From a virus (Duplodnaviria; Heunggongvirae; Uroviricota; Caudoviricetes): 64,000 nt of DNA. The notes below the pieces were generated by a model, which did not search any database, had not been told where the DNA came from, and saw nothing but the letters and a program-made list of their open reading frames with translations. Made by a program: the position numbers and the translations under genes. The DNA is taken from IMG/VR virus record IMGVR_UViG_3300028805_000073; one strand, 5' to 3'. Positions 38,282 through 52,300 of the stretch are shown here, piece after piece. Numbering within the stretch: the first letter of the stretch is position 1; every line of letters begins with the position of its first letter.

Positions 38282-39462
38282 TGATTCTAAATTTTATCGA
38301 TTAATCCTGTTCTATCATCTGTATGTTTAGTAATTTCACAGGTAAGTATTTTACCCATTTCTATCGCTATTTCATCTTTTTTAGAAGAAGATTCTTCTGA
38401 ATTATATTTCTTATAAAGTTCCTCCATTTTATCGGTTACTTGTTTACGGAATATAATTTCATCTCTTTCAATTTCAGCTTGTTGTTCTCCATTATTATCA
38501 ACTACGGGAATTCCTTTAGCTGTAAAGTCTTCACCTGCGCCTTCCATATTATTCTTTCTAGCGTGAAGAGCACCTTCTGGAATTACGGACATTTGTCCAC
38601 CTTCTTTAAACGCTTGTGGAGATTTAGGATAAGGATTAGCTCCAAAATAACTTGGGTAAAACCATTTATAGTTAGTAATAAACCATTCAGCTTCTTCTGG
38701 AGTCATTTCTAATACATCCTTATTCTTTATTGCTCTGTCAAGTGCTTCTGGAAATTTATAATACTAGAGATTTTTATATTCATTCTCTTGTACTTCTGGA
38801 TAAACATAAGTTTTTCCGTCTTGTTCACCATATCCTAATAAATGAGTAGCATAACTTCCATTATGTAAATCTAATTTTCTCTAATCATTATTAAGAATTC
38901 TTTGCATAAATGGAACTCCACTTTGATTAGCATATAATATCAAATCAGTTCTACTTCTTTTAGATTTTCCACCCTTCTAAAATGAATTTATTTGCTATTC
39001 ATCTACCTAAGCAGGCTCTTCCCTCTTTTGTGAATTTTTAGAATATGTCCAGCAATCCTTTTCTTCATTGAATGTACGCACATAACCACCGAGTTTAAGT
39101 TCTTTTACTAATGGAATTACATCATTATCCCATACACGAATATCTTTAGCTACAGTATCATTTTCTTTACCTTTATTAAGATATTCATATTCATCTGATT
39201 CTTCGTTATAACCAATAGAAGGCATTATAAAATTTTGTCCATCTAATGATTCTATCATCCCTAACCATTTAGCATCTTGAAAGTTAGATGGTTTACCATA
39301 TGCTTCCCAAGCTGCTTTTAAACGATATTTATCATTATCTTTATAGTAATCTAATTCTTCAGGAAGAGAATTTTTAAATTTATCAAAGGGATCTCCAACT
39401 TGTTTTTTGTTGGAGATTTCCTTTGATTTATTAATTATATTTCTTAATCTAGATCTCTGCAT
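38278..39462 (-). CDS. Hypothetical protein (394 aa)
   Basis: Pieces 39007..39462 and 38287..38706 are joined by in-frame TAGs. Stop TGA 38278-38280. Confidence 0.5.
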
Positions 39463-40895
39463 CTTGAAAGTATTATTTGTTTATTATCAATTAATGCAGC
39501 TCCAGATAATAGTCTCATTCCTATATTATGGTTAGTTGCATTATTAAATATCTTCATTCCCATTCTACCTCTAGCTATTGGAGACCAACCTCCTTGAATA
39601 TTCTGAGCATATCTCTAATTATTTATAGAAGACATATACTAACTTCTAATATTCTATAATTCATTCTAATCAGCCATATTTAGTATTCTATTCCAAGCAT
39701 AATTAGCAAAATTTATATTATCATCAGCCTTTCTTCTAGCACCTTGTGAGAATGTTCCATAAGTTTTTCCTGCTTCTGCTCTAGCTTTATCAAATTTATC
39801 ATTTAAATTACCAAAAGCATTTCCCATAAATGAATTAGCTTTCATTGAATTCTACCAAGATTGATTATTAAAAGTTCCTGTAGTAGAAGCATTAGCCATA
39901 TTTAACCATTTTATTGGAGCAGGTGTAAATGATGAACCCATTATAGCATCTTGTAGAGTCATTCCATCTGTTGAACCAAAAACATTAGATAATCCTTTAT
40001 TTAATGCCATTGCTCCAGAAACTATTGCTCCAACTGGACCAATAAATCCCACTCCTGCTTGAATTATATCATATATAGTATCAGCAGTTTTAACAGCACT
40101 ACCATATTTACCTCCATACTCTTTAGATGGACCTGTAGCAGCACCTATTGCTGAACCTGCTATTGACATTCCTGCTCCCCAAAGATTAGCTTTAGAACCT
40201 AACTATGCAGCTTTCTAAGCATCTGTTAATCCACCAGCAGCTTTAGAAGCTTTAGAAATATCATTAAGAGTCTTAATAGAATCATAAATAGATTTTGACT
40301 ATCCTATTGTACTAGATACACCTGCACCTATTCCTCTTGATAAAGCAGTATGTCCTCCAAGAGAATCAATTCCTTGTCCTACAAGATTACCAGTTATTCC
40401 AAGTGCAGTTCCACCTAAAGCTGCTCCAACATTTTGTCCTAGATTTTCAGATAAAGCATTACCTTTAATTAAGTTTTCTGTAATAGTATTTCCAGCAGCA
40501 CCTACTCCTGAACTAAATAATGCTCCCATACTTCTTCCAACGTCTGAGTCATCAAATAATTTATTTGATATATAATTAGTAGCTAAATTAGTAGCAGTAT
40601 TAACTCCAGCTCCTGCTAACTAATTAGTCTTACTTGTTGTAGAGAGAGTATTTTTATCTATTTTTACTGGCTTACTAACTGAAGGTCTATCATATGCAAA
40701 AATATTATTATTTATAGGATTTATTCCAGATCTAGTTTGGCTATGAATGCTAGCTAATCCTCCAGTCCCATCTTTAAATGTCTACAAGATATTCTATATA
40801 CTTAAATTACCATAAGACTAATTTATAAGAGGATTTCTCTAATTTCCATAATTTAAATCTAATCCACCAAACTAAAGTTTTCTAATTCTATTCAT
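39444..40895 (-). CDS. Glycine-zipper-rich protein (483 aa); putative membrane-active virion or ejection protein
   Basis: Pieces 40299..40529 and 39852..40169 carry GALFSSGVGAAGNT...GAALGGTALGITGNLVGQG...SIAGSAIGAATG. The ATG lies 3 nt after the upstream TGA. Its 3' end overlaps the next gene by 19 nt. Confidence 0.5.
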
Positions 40896-40897
40896 AA

Positions 40898-43800
40898 TCA
40901 ACTATAACTTATATTATATAGTGTAACTAGACTATGAATTACAGCTAAATTCTTTCCACTGTATCGTACTCTAATCTTTATCCATTTATCTCTAATTTTT
41001 GCCTCTTTTCTAACAGTCCATCCATCTACTTGAATAGCACTTGTGTTATATCCAAATCTACTGTAAATATTAGGAAGTTTATCAGAACTAACTCTTGTTG
41101 TATCTAAATCATTTGGAAGATATTGAGAATTAATAACAATTGGTGGAAGTGCATCAATAAATGGTTTATTTTTTTCTTCTTCTGTTGAAGTAGTAATGTT
41201 ATTTTTGCAAGTTAATAAATCCTAACATAATAATGAACCTTCTTCTCCTTCACAAGAAGCTAATTTAAATTCTTCAATAGGAACGTAATTAGGATCAAAA
41301 TCACCACATACAAGAATATCATCTCCACATAATAATGATCTTTCATTATCATCACAAGATATAATAAAAGGATTAGCAGTAGGAATTGTAGTTTTATCCC
41401 AAATTTCATTTTTCTACATAAATGATATAGGGGGAATCTATACATTCCATTTTCCTTCTTTATATCTTGAATTACCTCTTAATCTTCCTACATAATCAAT
41501 AGGACAATTTTTAACGTGAGTTATAATATTAAACTAATTTAAATCTCTATTCCAAGATATTTCTGAACCTGATAAATTCTAGAAATCATATACTCCATCT
41601 TCATCATGCATTAAATGATATTTATGATATATATCATTATAAGTATCAATTCTCTCATAGTATAATGGGAATATAGTAGATTTTACTTGCTATACTAATC
41701 CATGACTATATATTGGATATACTTTATCTATTCCAATACAATTTTCATGAATATCTGTTCCATTATAATTATATGCTTTTCTAAATTGATCTTCATCATT
41801 TAACAGTTTCTAAGAATTAGTAGTTCTGTAATACTATTCATATGTATACTTATTAGCAGCTACATCTGTATAATATCTATTAAATAATATATCAGAACCT
41901 AAAGTCTAATAAAGTTCTTTTGTAGATTCTTGTCTAAAATACATTGTTCTCTTATCTTCAGAGAATTCATAGTTATCACCTTCAATCTCAAAATGGAATG
42001 ACTCTGGTTCAGCTTTATTAGATATTATAACTAAATTAGTAAATATTTTCTAAGTACCTATTTTATCATTTACTACAAACTCAAATTCAAATGGATGATA
42101 CTTTCCATACCAATGAGTTGGATATAAATCTTCAACAACATTAAATATTCCAGCCTATCCATGTAAATAGAAGTCAGTAGTTAATCCTGCTCTATTATAC
42201 TAGTCTCCTGTTAATAATGGATTATTAACTATAGAATCTAAAGTTAAAGCTATCATTTCAGTTTTAAACTGAGTAACAGCTGTTGCATTAGATACAATTT
42301 GACTAATATTTGATAAATAAGGAGTAATATATAAAAGAATTACTTTGTGTTCCTAAAATCTATTATAAAGATCTTTATTAGTAACTCCATCTGCTAATTG
42401 TAATTTATTTCCACTAATATTAAATAGTCTCCAATTTTGCCAGTGATCTTTTTCTATTGCAAATCTAACATTCTAAAGTTTATATCTACCAGTATTTCCA
42501 TCTTCTTCACAATCAATACTTATAGTCCTTTCTGAACTTGTTCCGTCTGAGTTCATTAATGTATAAGTTATAATACACGACTTATTGATTGTTGAATAAT
42601 ACAAATCTGGAAGTTCTATATTAGTTCCTTCTTTACATACTGGGTTATCAACTAAAACTCCAGTATTTTCTGGAATTGAATAATTACATTTAGATAATAA
42701 TGCTAAAGCTTTTGCAGTATCTCTATCAAAACTAAAGAATTTAGTATCTATATTAGCAGAATATGATGGAACCCAACTATAGAATGTTATAAACTAATCT
42801 AATAATTCATTATAACATAAACTCCATACTTTTTCTTCATCTTTATAAACATCATCATAAAATGTAAATATTAAATCTTTTTTATTGTTATTATAATGTG
42901 TCTTTACATTTTTTAATCCTATAGTTGGATATAATTCTCTTTCTCCGAGAGATATATTATCAATTAAAAATTTATTTACTTTAAAATCAGAAAGTAATTC
43001 AATTTGTTGTCCTTTAACTCTCCATATTTTTTTAGCAACAGTATCAACTCCATATACAAATCCTGCTTCTGATTTAATTACAGAATCTCCCCATTGTGTT
43101 CCATAAGTATCTGTAATTATCGTAAGTTCTTCAGGAAGTACATTATTAGTATTAATAAATACTGGTTCACCATCAGACTATCCTGTTAGTACTCTTTCAT
43201 TAATAACTGCTACTCCAATACCATGTTCAAATATTACAAGTATATATCCTTCAAATCCAACAAGTTTTTGAATTGAACCATATTCTTGTGAATAATCTCT
43301 AAAATATGTAGAAAGCGATACTCTATAATTATTCTTAAATGAATCTTGTATAGCTATAGCAGAATATTGTATTCTATTTGAGAATGTATCTTTTATATAA
43401 TTTATATCTTGCAAAGTAAAATAACATTTATATCCAAGAGAAGCTCTATATGCATCATTATAAAGGTAAGAATCTGGCATTTTATTTTCACCTCTATATA
43501 ATAATGAACTTCTTGGATAAAAACTTCTTGGAGATCCCATTAATGCTTCTTCAGATACATACGAATGGTCTACTGAACGAAGAGCATAATTCATAGAACT
43601 TCTAACTTTAAAGGTAATCCAAGAACCTATTTGTATAGCATTGATGTCTGATCTAGATATATTTTGCCATTTTTCTGGATCTTCTACTTTATAATTATTA
43701 ACCCAAGTACTGACGTCAATTATTTCATCATTATTAGGAAGAGCTGGATCATTAAAATTTCTTACTAATCTATATGTATACTAATTTATATAACAATCTC

Positions 43801-46171
43801 CTCTCCAACATACATATTCAGTATCACTATCAAATGTGTTATATCTATCACTAATAGCATAAAATGGTTCTGAAGAATTCATTCTATTAAGATATTCCTA
43901 AGAAATACTTATTGGACTATCTTGATATATATTATATAGACACCCTGTTTCTAATTCACCTTCATTAGAATAAATTGCTAAATAAGGAGAATATTTTCCT
44001 CTTACTATATTATAAGCTTTATTAACTTTTTCGTAGTCCTAATCTTCTCCAGCAGTATAAGTACTTTTATCAACTTCTGCATATTTAAATTTATATGATT
44101 CTTCAGTTTTACCTATTTCTAATCTAAATATTTTATCCTAAATAGCTACAGTATCAACATTATCAGTAACACTACATATTGTTACTTTTTTTAGATTTTC
44201 AATATTCTAATATTTTACTTCTTGTAACTAATTAAAGAATCTTTCATTTCTAACTAATCCGGAATTAATAGTACTTACTTTTTGTATTCTAAATTTACCT
44301 CCATTAAATATTTGATTATAATATGGTTGATTTAATAAGAAATCTGGACATATTCCAGCAAATGCTTTTTTACTTATAGTATTATCAGAATCGGATGATT
44401 CATAATTATATTTATAAAGTCTATTAGTATACATTTGAGTTAATGTTCCAGTATCTTTATTTACAAAACACTCTGTGTAATGTTTTTTAGAATCACCAAA
44501 TCCTTCTTCTAATACAGGAGCTTGTAAAGTTTCATCCATTGCTAGAAGATAACACTAAGCTAATATATTAGGAACACATTTTTGTCTTACAAAAAATAAT
44601 CCTCTTATTCCTAATTCTTCTCTTAAATACTTAGAAACTTCTCCAGGAACTTTAAATTTAACAGAAAATAGAGTTTTATCATCATATAAATCCATATAAT
44701 TGAAATGACAAACTCCTTTAGCATTTAAATCCTATCCATTTAATTTATAAAAGTCTCCTTCTTTAATCCATCCATAATCATCAACCTTAATATAATTTCT
44801 AAATAATACAGCATCTTTTACTGTATAAATTTTAGCTTCTTTTTCTGGATTATCTATATCATTTATTCCTAATAATAAATTTTTATTATCAGTAAGAGTT
44901 CCACCTAATGTATTATAAACATTAGATAATGTTCCATTCTAATAAATAAATACTACTCCAAATCTATAATATTCTTGATTAAAATATCCTGTTTTATTAT
45001 AGATGTTTAAAGAATTATAGTAAGTACAATCTCCATTTTCTGAGTAGTAATTAGAGTCTAACTTATCAAAATTATTTACAACATTAAGCTGAGGTACAAT
45101 CCTTAATGCTAAATCTGTAAGTTCTCTATAATTATCAGTATTTTTTTCTATATTTCCAAAGAATAACATATTTTTACACTAAGCTTGAGTAAGAATATTC
45201 TTTGGATTAAATCTTGTTATATTTAATATATTTGGATCTAAATCTTCACACTCTTCAAATCCATTTATCTATAAATATAATATACTAGAATTTATAGGAA
45301 CTCTTTTATAAATTTTCTTACATTCATATACCCTATTTTGCTAATAATCTGCAAAATATCTAACATAATATACTCTTAAATAATTATATGATTTATCAAG
45401 ATTATTTAATCTTAACTGAATACCTTTATTAGTTGATTGATTTTTAATTCCTCCATCTATTGAACGTGGATCAGAATCATTTCCAATAAATACAGGTATT
45501 AATCCAGATTCAGCAATAAAATCAGATTCATTATCATCAGCATCACAATAAGTAAAATAAAAACAATACTAACCTACAGGTAATTTTCCTTTAACAAATC
45601 CGACATAAGTTATAAGAGGATTGTATTCATATTGAAAATATAAGGATGTATCTTTATCAAAAGTTTTTGAATTATAAATATTAGTATCGTTTTCTCCAAT
45701 TCTATCTACAATTTCGTAAGTATTTTTTTCTCTTACAGAAAATCTAGAATTTATTAATCTTGGTATATTTTTATCATCATTAAGAATTAAGTTTACAGAA
45801 CCATCATATGATGGCTGAACTTCAATTTCTACTGGATGATCAAGATCAAAATTTAATTTATCTGTATCTAAATCAACAATAGATCCAGCTTTTGCCCAAA
45901 GAGTTCCTTCTTCAGCTAAAACTACACTACCAATATCTATTTCTCGTCCTCTTTTATCTACCCATTTTCTGTTTTCATTGTATCCTTTTTTAGTAAGTAT
46001 TTCGCCGTTTTTTATATTAACAGCCTAATCAGCAGGGACAATGAATTTATCATCAATGATATATAAGTCTACATCAGTTTGATAATTATATAACGGATTA
46101 TATTCGTAAGCTAAATTTCCTTTTTGTCTAAGGGTATTTAGATATACTTCGAAACTTTTATTCAAATTCAT
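40898..46171 (-). CDS. Large tail structural protein T1 (1757 aa)
   Basis: Frame 1 across pieces 43178..43594, 44228..44539 and 44939..45169. The first ~350 aa were hand-translated (MNLNKSFEVYLNTLRQKGNLAYEYNPLYNY...). Stop TGA 40898-40900. Confidence 0.5.
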
Positions 46172-46188
46172 AATTAATTAATTTATCT

Positions 46189-49100
46189 TTACTATGTAGA
46201 GTTATCTCTTCTTTTTATTAAATATACTTTATCATATACTAATACTGTTTCAGAATCACCAAGTGTATTAGTTCTCTAACAAAAACATTTAAAATTTCTA
46301 TTATTAACAGTTCCTTCTGTTAGTTCACGTGAGTCACTATCAACTACTTTTTCAATATCATTATTACTATTATATAATAAAGAATATTCTTTACTGTTTT
46401 CATTTATTTTTCCTCTTGTAAACTAGAAATTATCACTACCTCCAACGATGTCTAATTTACCATTTTCATTTTCAAGAAGAATATTTTTTTCATTAATTTT
46501 ATTACTTCCATTTACTATATCTTTCATTAGTTGTACATTTCCATTTTTTAAATATACATAATCTAATGCAACATCAGAATCATGAATCTATAAATTATTA
46601 TGAAAATCAGTACTTGAAGTTAAATCTATTTCAACAGTATTACTATTATTCATAGCAAAATTACCCTATTTAAAGTTTAAATTTCCAATTCTATAATTTG
46701 ATGAAATTGATATAATGTTGTCATTATTATTTAATAATTCGCAATCTATCCCAAAAATATATTTGATTTTATCATAATTTAAAGTGTATGTATAATTAGC
46801 ATTACTATCATTTATATTATAAGATATATATATATTACTATTTTGTAATGTATAATTATCATATTTACAATATATATAATTGTCTATATGATTTTTTATA
46901 AATTGCTAAAAATTATTTTTTAAATTATCATCATTATCACTTGTATTATCTCTTTCTAATAAATCCTAGAATATACCCCATACACCGTCATTAGTACTTT
47001 TCATCCAAACTCTTGTATATTTATAACATGGTTTATACTCATAACCATTATAAACAGGAAGATCTTCATATCTATGATTTATACTAATAGGTTCAATATC
47101 TTCATAATAATTTGTATAATAATTTAAATAATTATCATTATCATCAAAATCTACAGACGAAGGATTAACTTTTTTTATAAAAATAAATGTAAACATATCA
47201 TTTTTTACAAACTCGCTAAGTCGTGTATAAAAATAATTAGAATCGTGGAATGTTGTTGGACTTTTCAATATTTGAGAAAGATAAGAATATCTTATTTTGT
47301 CTGCGTGTTGCTCATTTTCTAAAGTTTCTCCTTCTGTTGTACTATCTCCTCTTATTGTAGTTTCATATGAAGGCCCATGAGCTAATTTTATAATATGCTT
47401 ATCCCCACTATAGTTTGAATCCCAATCCACTATAGGTCCAGCAAATGTACTTGGATATTTAATATCATCATAAAAATCACAAAAAACATTCGATAAATTA
47501 TAAATTTTCTTATCAGTATGTGTTAAAAACAAATCATTATATTCTAAAGATATATTTATATTATTATTATCAGTTGTGGAGTTACATTCTAGCAAAGTTA
47601 TACCTTTAAATTCATCTATCAAATCACAATTATTGCTATTATCATAATATTTATTATTTTTCTAGTTATTTTGTAAAGATATAGCTTGTTTAAATGCTTC
47701 ATCTACTGTAATATTATTTGTAGTTAAATCTACATCTCCTATCTATAGAGTTTTAATTCCATTTATTGCAAATGAATTTTTAGCTGAATCACTTACATGT
47801 ATTTGACTAGGATAATTTTCTTCGTTTTTAATAGAAATAACAGAATTATTTTGTAGATTAAGATTTATTGTATGTTTACATCTATATTCTATATTTGGAT
47901 CATCTTTTTTTATAAGACTTCCAATTATTTCAGATTTTTCATTAATTTTCTTATTAAATCCTCCATCTGTTTCTAAATTAACAATCATTAAATCTTCAAA
48001 CTTTTTCTTAGCATTAGTAAATTCTTCTTTGCTTAAATCTGCTTTATTAAAATCACAAAAGTCAGGAACATTTCCATCAACTTGATAAAATTCATTAAAT
48101 AAAGGAGTTGATAAAAACCATCTTTCTACCCCTTCTGGTTCCTCTAAAGTTACATTATTTTTTGTATTAAGTTCTTCATCAATAATATCATAAGTTGCTG
48201 TTACTTTATATAAAGTTCTAGGTTGTATTCCATATTCATCCCAACTCAATGTATCAGTATTTCTATTTTCAAGCTTTAATCCTCCTTCTTTAGGATAAAT
48301 AAAAGTATTTCTTGAATTTAAAACATCAGTAAATTTAAATTTAAGATTGTCAAAACGTTTTCCATATTCTGGATAAGCGTTAAATGTATATGTTAAAATA
48401 GTTTCTTTTTTATTTATGTCATTTCTAAATCTCCATCCAGTTAAAAATACTTTTCCACTTCCTAATAATGCTAAATCTATAGAACCTCTAGCAGATAATC
48501 CTCTTATATAAATATCATTAGTATCTTTATCAGCTAATACTCCTATTGTATAATTATATGTTGTTATTGTTTGTCCAAATGCTAAATTACTTTCTGAATT
48601 TGTCTAGTTTCCGTTTGAATCAACAGGATTAGCTGAAATTCCAGAATATTTTTTAACAATTTTAACAGAATATAAATTAGTATTTGGATTATATGTACTT
48701 TTAGATCTTATTATATCTCCTTTCGTTCCATTTCCATTTAATATTAAATCAAAGGCATCAAATTGAGGAATTCCTTCATCAAAATTTATATAGTTTTCAT
48801 TTCCATTCTATTTATCAATATTAGTAGGATTATCAGGACAATTATAAGTTAAATATCCTTCTATCTGTAAATTAGCTTCTCCAGAATCATAAGTTCCATA
48901 TATAGTATAATTAAAATTTTCTATATGATTCAAACTAGTTTTTAAATATAGAGGTCCTATTAATTTATAGGCATATGTATTAGCAGCCATCTATTGGCGT
49001 TCTTTTATTAATTTAGAATCTCTTATAGTTTCACTTAAATCAATATTAGTAAATCCATCTGGTATAAAATATTCATCATTGAATTTATATATATCAGAAT

Positions 49101-49788
49101 ATGAATAATCATATTTTTTAGGTTTCCACATTCCAGATTTTTTCTCCCATCTACATAATGTTTTAGTAATATCAACAAATTCATTCTATGAATTTAGTAC
49201 TCCAAGATAAAGTGTATATTTTCTATTTTTAGGAGATTTGGCCTTCTTAGCAATATTATCAACATTTTTATAATTTGTAATATAATTTTTCATTTCTGCT
49301 AATCCTTCTGTAGACCATACAGCAAACTTATCTCCAGCTCTTAATGAAGTATCTCCGGTAAGCGGAATTAAAAATGAATCTGTATTTAAAACTTTTATAC
49401 CTAAATATTCATCATTAGATATATTTCCTTTTGTTAAATTCAAAAATGTATCAAAATCGAAACTTCCTCCTAAATTTTCATCATCATTAATATCTATTTT
49501 CTTTTCAGGAGATGGAAAACTTCCTATTTGAGATTTATTAGTTATAGGATTATATGCAGCAACATAAATAATTCCTCCATATTCTTTCATTCCAACAGGT
49601 TGATACCCAGGAGGGAGAAAAGCATTGTCTACTCTTCTATTACCCATGTCATTTTGCAAAATAACCTCATTTCCATTCATGGTTATAAATGTAGCATTCA
49701 GAGCATCTGATAAACTATCGTTGCCCTAAACCATTGGATGTGTATCAAGTTGAAGTCCTTTACTAAATTGATTAACTGTCTATTCCAT
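46189..49788 (-). CDS. Large tail structural protein T2 (1199 aa); podovirus nozzle/tail-tube-B-like N-terminus (tentative)
   Basis: Frame 0 across pieces 46966..47622, 47743..48249, 48808..48990 and 49186..49680. The N-terminus MEQTVNQFSKGLQLDTHPMV... has only a loose resemblance to the T7 gp12-type N-terminus. TAATG at 49786-49790. Confidence 0.45.
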
Positions 49789-50354
49789 TATTGTTGTATA
49801 TATTTAAATTTATTCTCAGAAGTCATTATGTTCTGCATATTTAAAGGATCTCGAACTACTATAAGTTCGGCATTTTCAGTTTTAATTTCTTTATAATATT
49901 TGTGCATCCATTTAGTCTTATCTTCATTTAATCTAAAAATGTAAGGAGACTATGGATCTTTTATTTTGATTTCTTCTAAAAGTTTATATAAAAAAACATT
50001 TTTGAATACTTTATATTTTCTATTTTTCTATGATAAATAGTCAATATACTAACTCTCTGATCTTGTAAAATAATAATATCCATCCCATTGTGATTTAGTT
50101 CTTTGAAACATATATGCTATTCTTTTAGATAATTTATAACAATAGTTCTTAAATACTGTTAAACCACTAGATGGTATTATTCCTATAAACATAAATTCTT
50201 TATTTGTAATCATTGAAACATCATTTCCAGCTCTTACATACTAAAGTATCATTTTCCAGCCGTAAACTAAAATTCTTTTTACATCTTCTCTGGAAAGTTC
50301 TGGAAATTTCTCATGAACAGAATCAACATAATCATTAATTTTAGTTGTTTTCAT
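49788..50354 (-). CDS. Hypothetical protein (188 aa)
   Basis: ATG 50354 is adjacent to the upstream TAA. Hand translation MKTTKINDYVDSVHEKFPELSREDVKRIL... Confidence 0.4.
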
Positions 50355-50804
50355 TTAACAATAAACTTTTCCCTCATTAGTATATTTAGTTATTTTATCT
50401 CTTAGAAACTTATTTACATAAATGGGATATTTCTTTCTATGTAAGAAATTATCAGATTTTCCATGAATATACAGATACATCTAATATCCTGTAAATAAAG
50501 ACTCTAAGAAATCTACATCTTTAAATTTTCCGTTTTTTCTAACTCTTTCAAATTCTGAGCCTGTAATGGCTTCCATATGAATTTCTCCTCCCTAGTAACC
50601 TACACCTTGTATTTTAAATGTAGCATTATTTTCTATAATATCATTAAGAATTTGCTAAACCCCCTCTCTAAAAACCTACTTAATTTTCTATCTCCTAAGT
50701 TGTTTCGTTTTAAAATTCTTTACTAGAGATTTGCATTTTTCATATGGAAACCTTACAAATATATCATTTAAATTACAGGCCCAACCTATTGCAAAATGTT
50801 TCAT
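50355..50804 (-). CDS. Hypothetical protein (149 aa)
   Basis: Hand translation MKHFAIGWACNLNDIFVRFPYEK... Confidence 0.4.
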
Positions 50805-50806
50805 AC

Positions 50807-51511
50807 TTATTTAAATGCTTTTAATCCAAAACCAAATCGCTTACGATCCCATGAAGTACTAGCATCCAAAATTGTATCAAAATCATTTTGAGATAATTGT
50901 TTAACTCTAGCCTAATCACACTATTTTGTCCATTGTTGATATAAAGCTCTAGTCATTTCAAGAGATTCTTTGGTATTTGTCCTTAGACCTTCTTTAAATT
51001 TTACAGTATATGCAATATAGGTAGCAATAGCCATTGCTTCTTTATCAGTAATTTCTGGAAGTCCATCCTCATCAAATAATATTCCTTTATAAAGAATATT
51101 TACCTTTCCATAATTATGTGTAAAATATAATTTATCTCCTACTTTTTCATATTTTAATACTTTTCCAGGTAAATAATAGTTTCCCTAATATCTTTTATTA
51201 CCTTCTATATACTATTCAGTATAAGCAGTACTGAAATCTCCAAAATCTATTTTATTAGAGACAGATGACCAATCTTCATAACAAGATGTTACTAATTCAA
51301 TGCAACTATCTCCATTTATATCTAGTGCATTACAAGGAAGAGTTATAGAATTATCACTTGGATCAATTTTAGCTGTATATCTATATAGTTTTCTATTCTT
51401 ATTACCTATATATCCCCAAGCCACAAGTCCAAGCTCTTCCATATCAGAATCTTCAATTTCGATTCCATACACCATATTTAATAATACTTGAATATAATGA
51501 AAATTTTGCAT
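50807..51511 (-). CDS. Hypothetical protein (234 aa)
   Basis: Piece 51212..51511 extended through TAG codons to TAA 50807-50809. Confidence 0.4.
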
Positions 51512-52236
51512 TATCCAGCAGCATATTTCTAATCATTTGGAAGGATAGGTGTTGCATATTGTCTATAATATTTTAACTTCTATTGAGTAAGTCTATCCTT
51601 TATAACAATATCTAAGAAATTTAAATTTGCATCCATCTATGTAACTTTATCAGCTGAAGGTCCATCACTACAATCACATTGAAATTCCTCTAATTGTCTT
51701 GGATCTTTAAATATAGCAACTATAGACACCTATTTAATTAATGGTGCTCCAAATATATAACAATCTAATAAACCATCCTAATTTGGGGCAATATCTATAT
51801 AAACCCAAGGTTTATTTTTTCCTCTTTTACGATATTTCTAATATGATTTAATTTTATCTATTGCTGAAGTATATACTAAAAACGAATGTTGTCTATCAGA
51901 AGAACCTAAATATTTTATTGTATATCCCAATCCAAAATCTAATAATAACTAAGGAATTTGAAAATGAGCTGTAGGTTCTCCACATACAGTTCCTCTACAT
52001 TTACATTTGTCTAAAGTATCACAATCTACAGGAATACAATTTATAGCTGCAACTAAATCATCTATAGGAAGTATTCCTTTTAACATATATTCTTTAATAA
52101 CAGCTAGCCTCATCTGAACAATCTCTTCCTATAATTGTTCTTTAGACATAGACATATTCTAATGATAACCTCTTAATCCAGATACAATATCATTAAATAC
52201 GGCATCGGCTAGTCGTTCTATTGATGTCCAAGCCAT
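51511..52236 (-). CDS. Hypothetical Cys-containing protein (241 aa)
   Basis: Hand translation MAWTSIERLADAVFNDIVSGLRGYH[Q]NMS... with CIPVDCDTLDKCKCRGTVCGEPT. TAATG at 51509-51513. Confidence 0.4.
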
Positions 52237-52250
52237 AATACAAAAATAAG

Positions 52251-52292
52251 CTAGACTAGACCTATAAGGTCCGGTCTAGCTTTTATTTTATT
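52251..52292 (-). terminator. Strong hairpin terminator downstream of the 299-aa structural gene
   Basis: CTAGACTAGACC-tataa-GGTCCGGTCTAG (11 of 12 base pairs), followed on the - strand by a U-rich stretch. Confidence 0.55.
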
Positions 52293-52300
52293 AAATTAAA

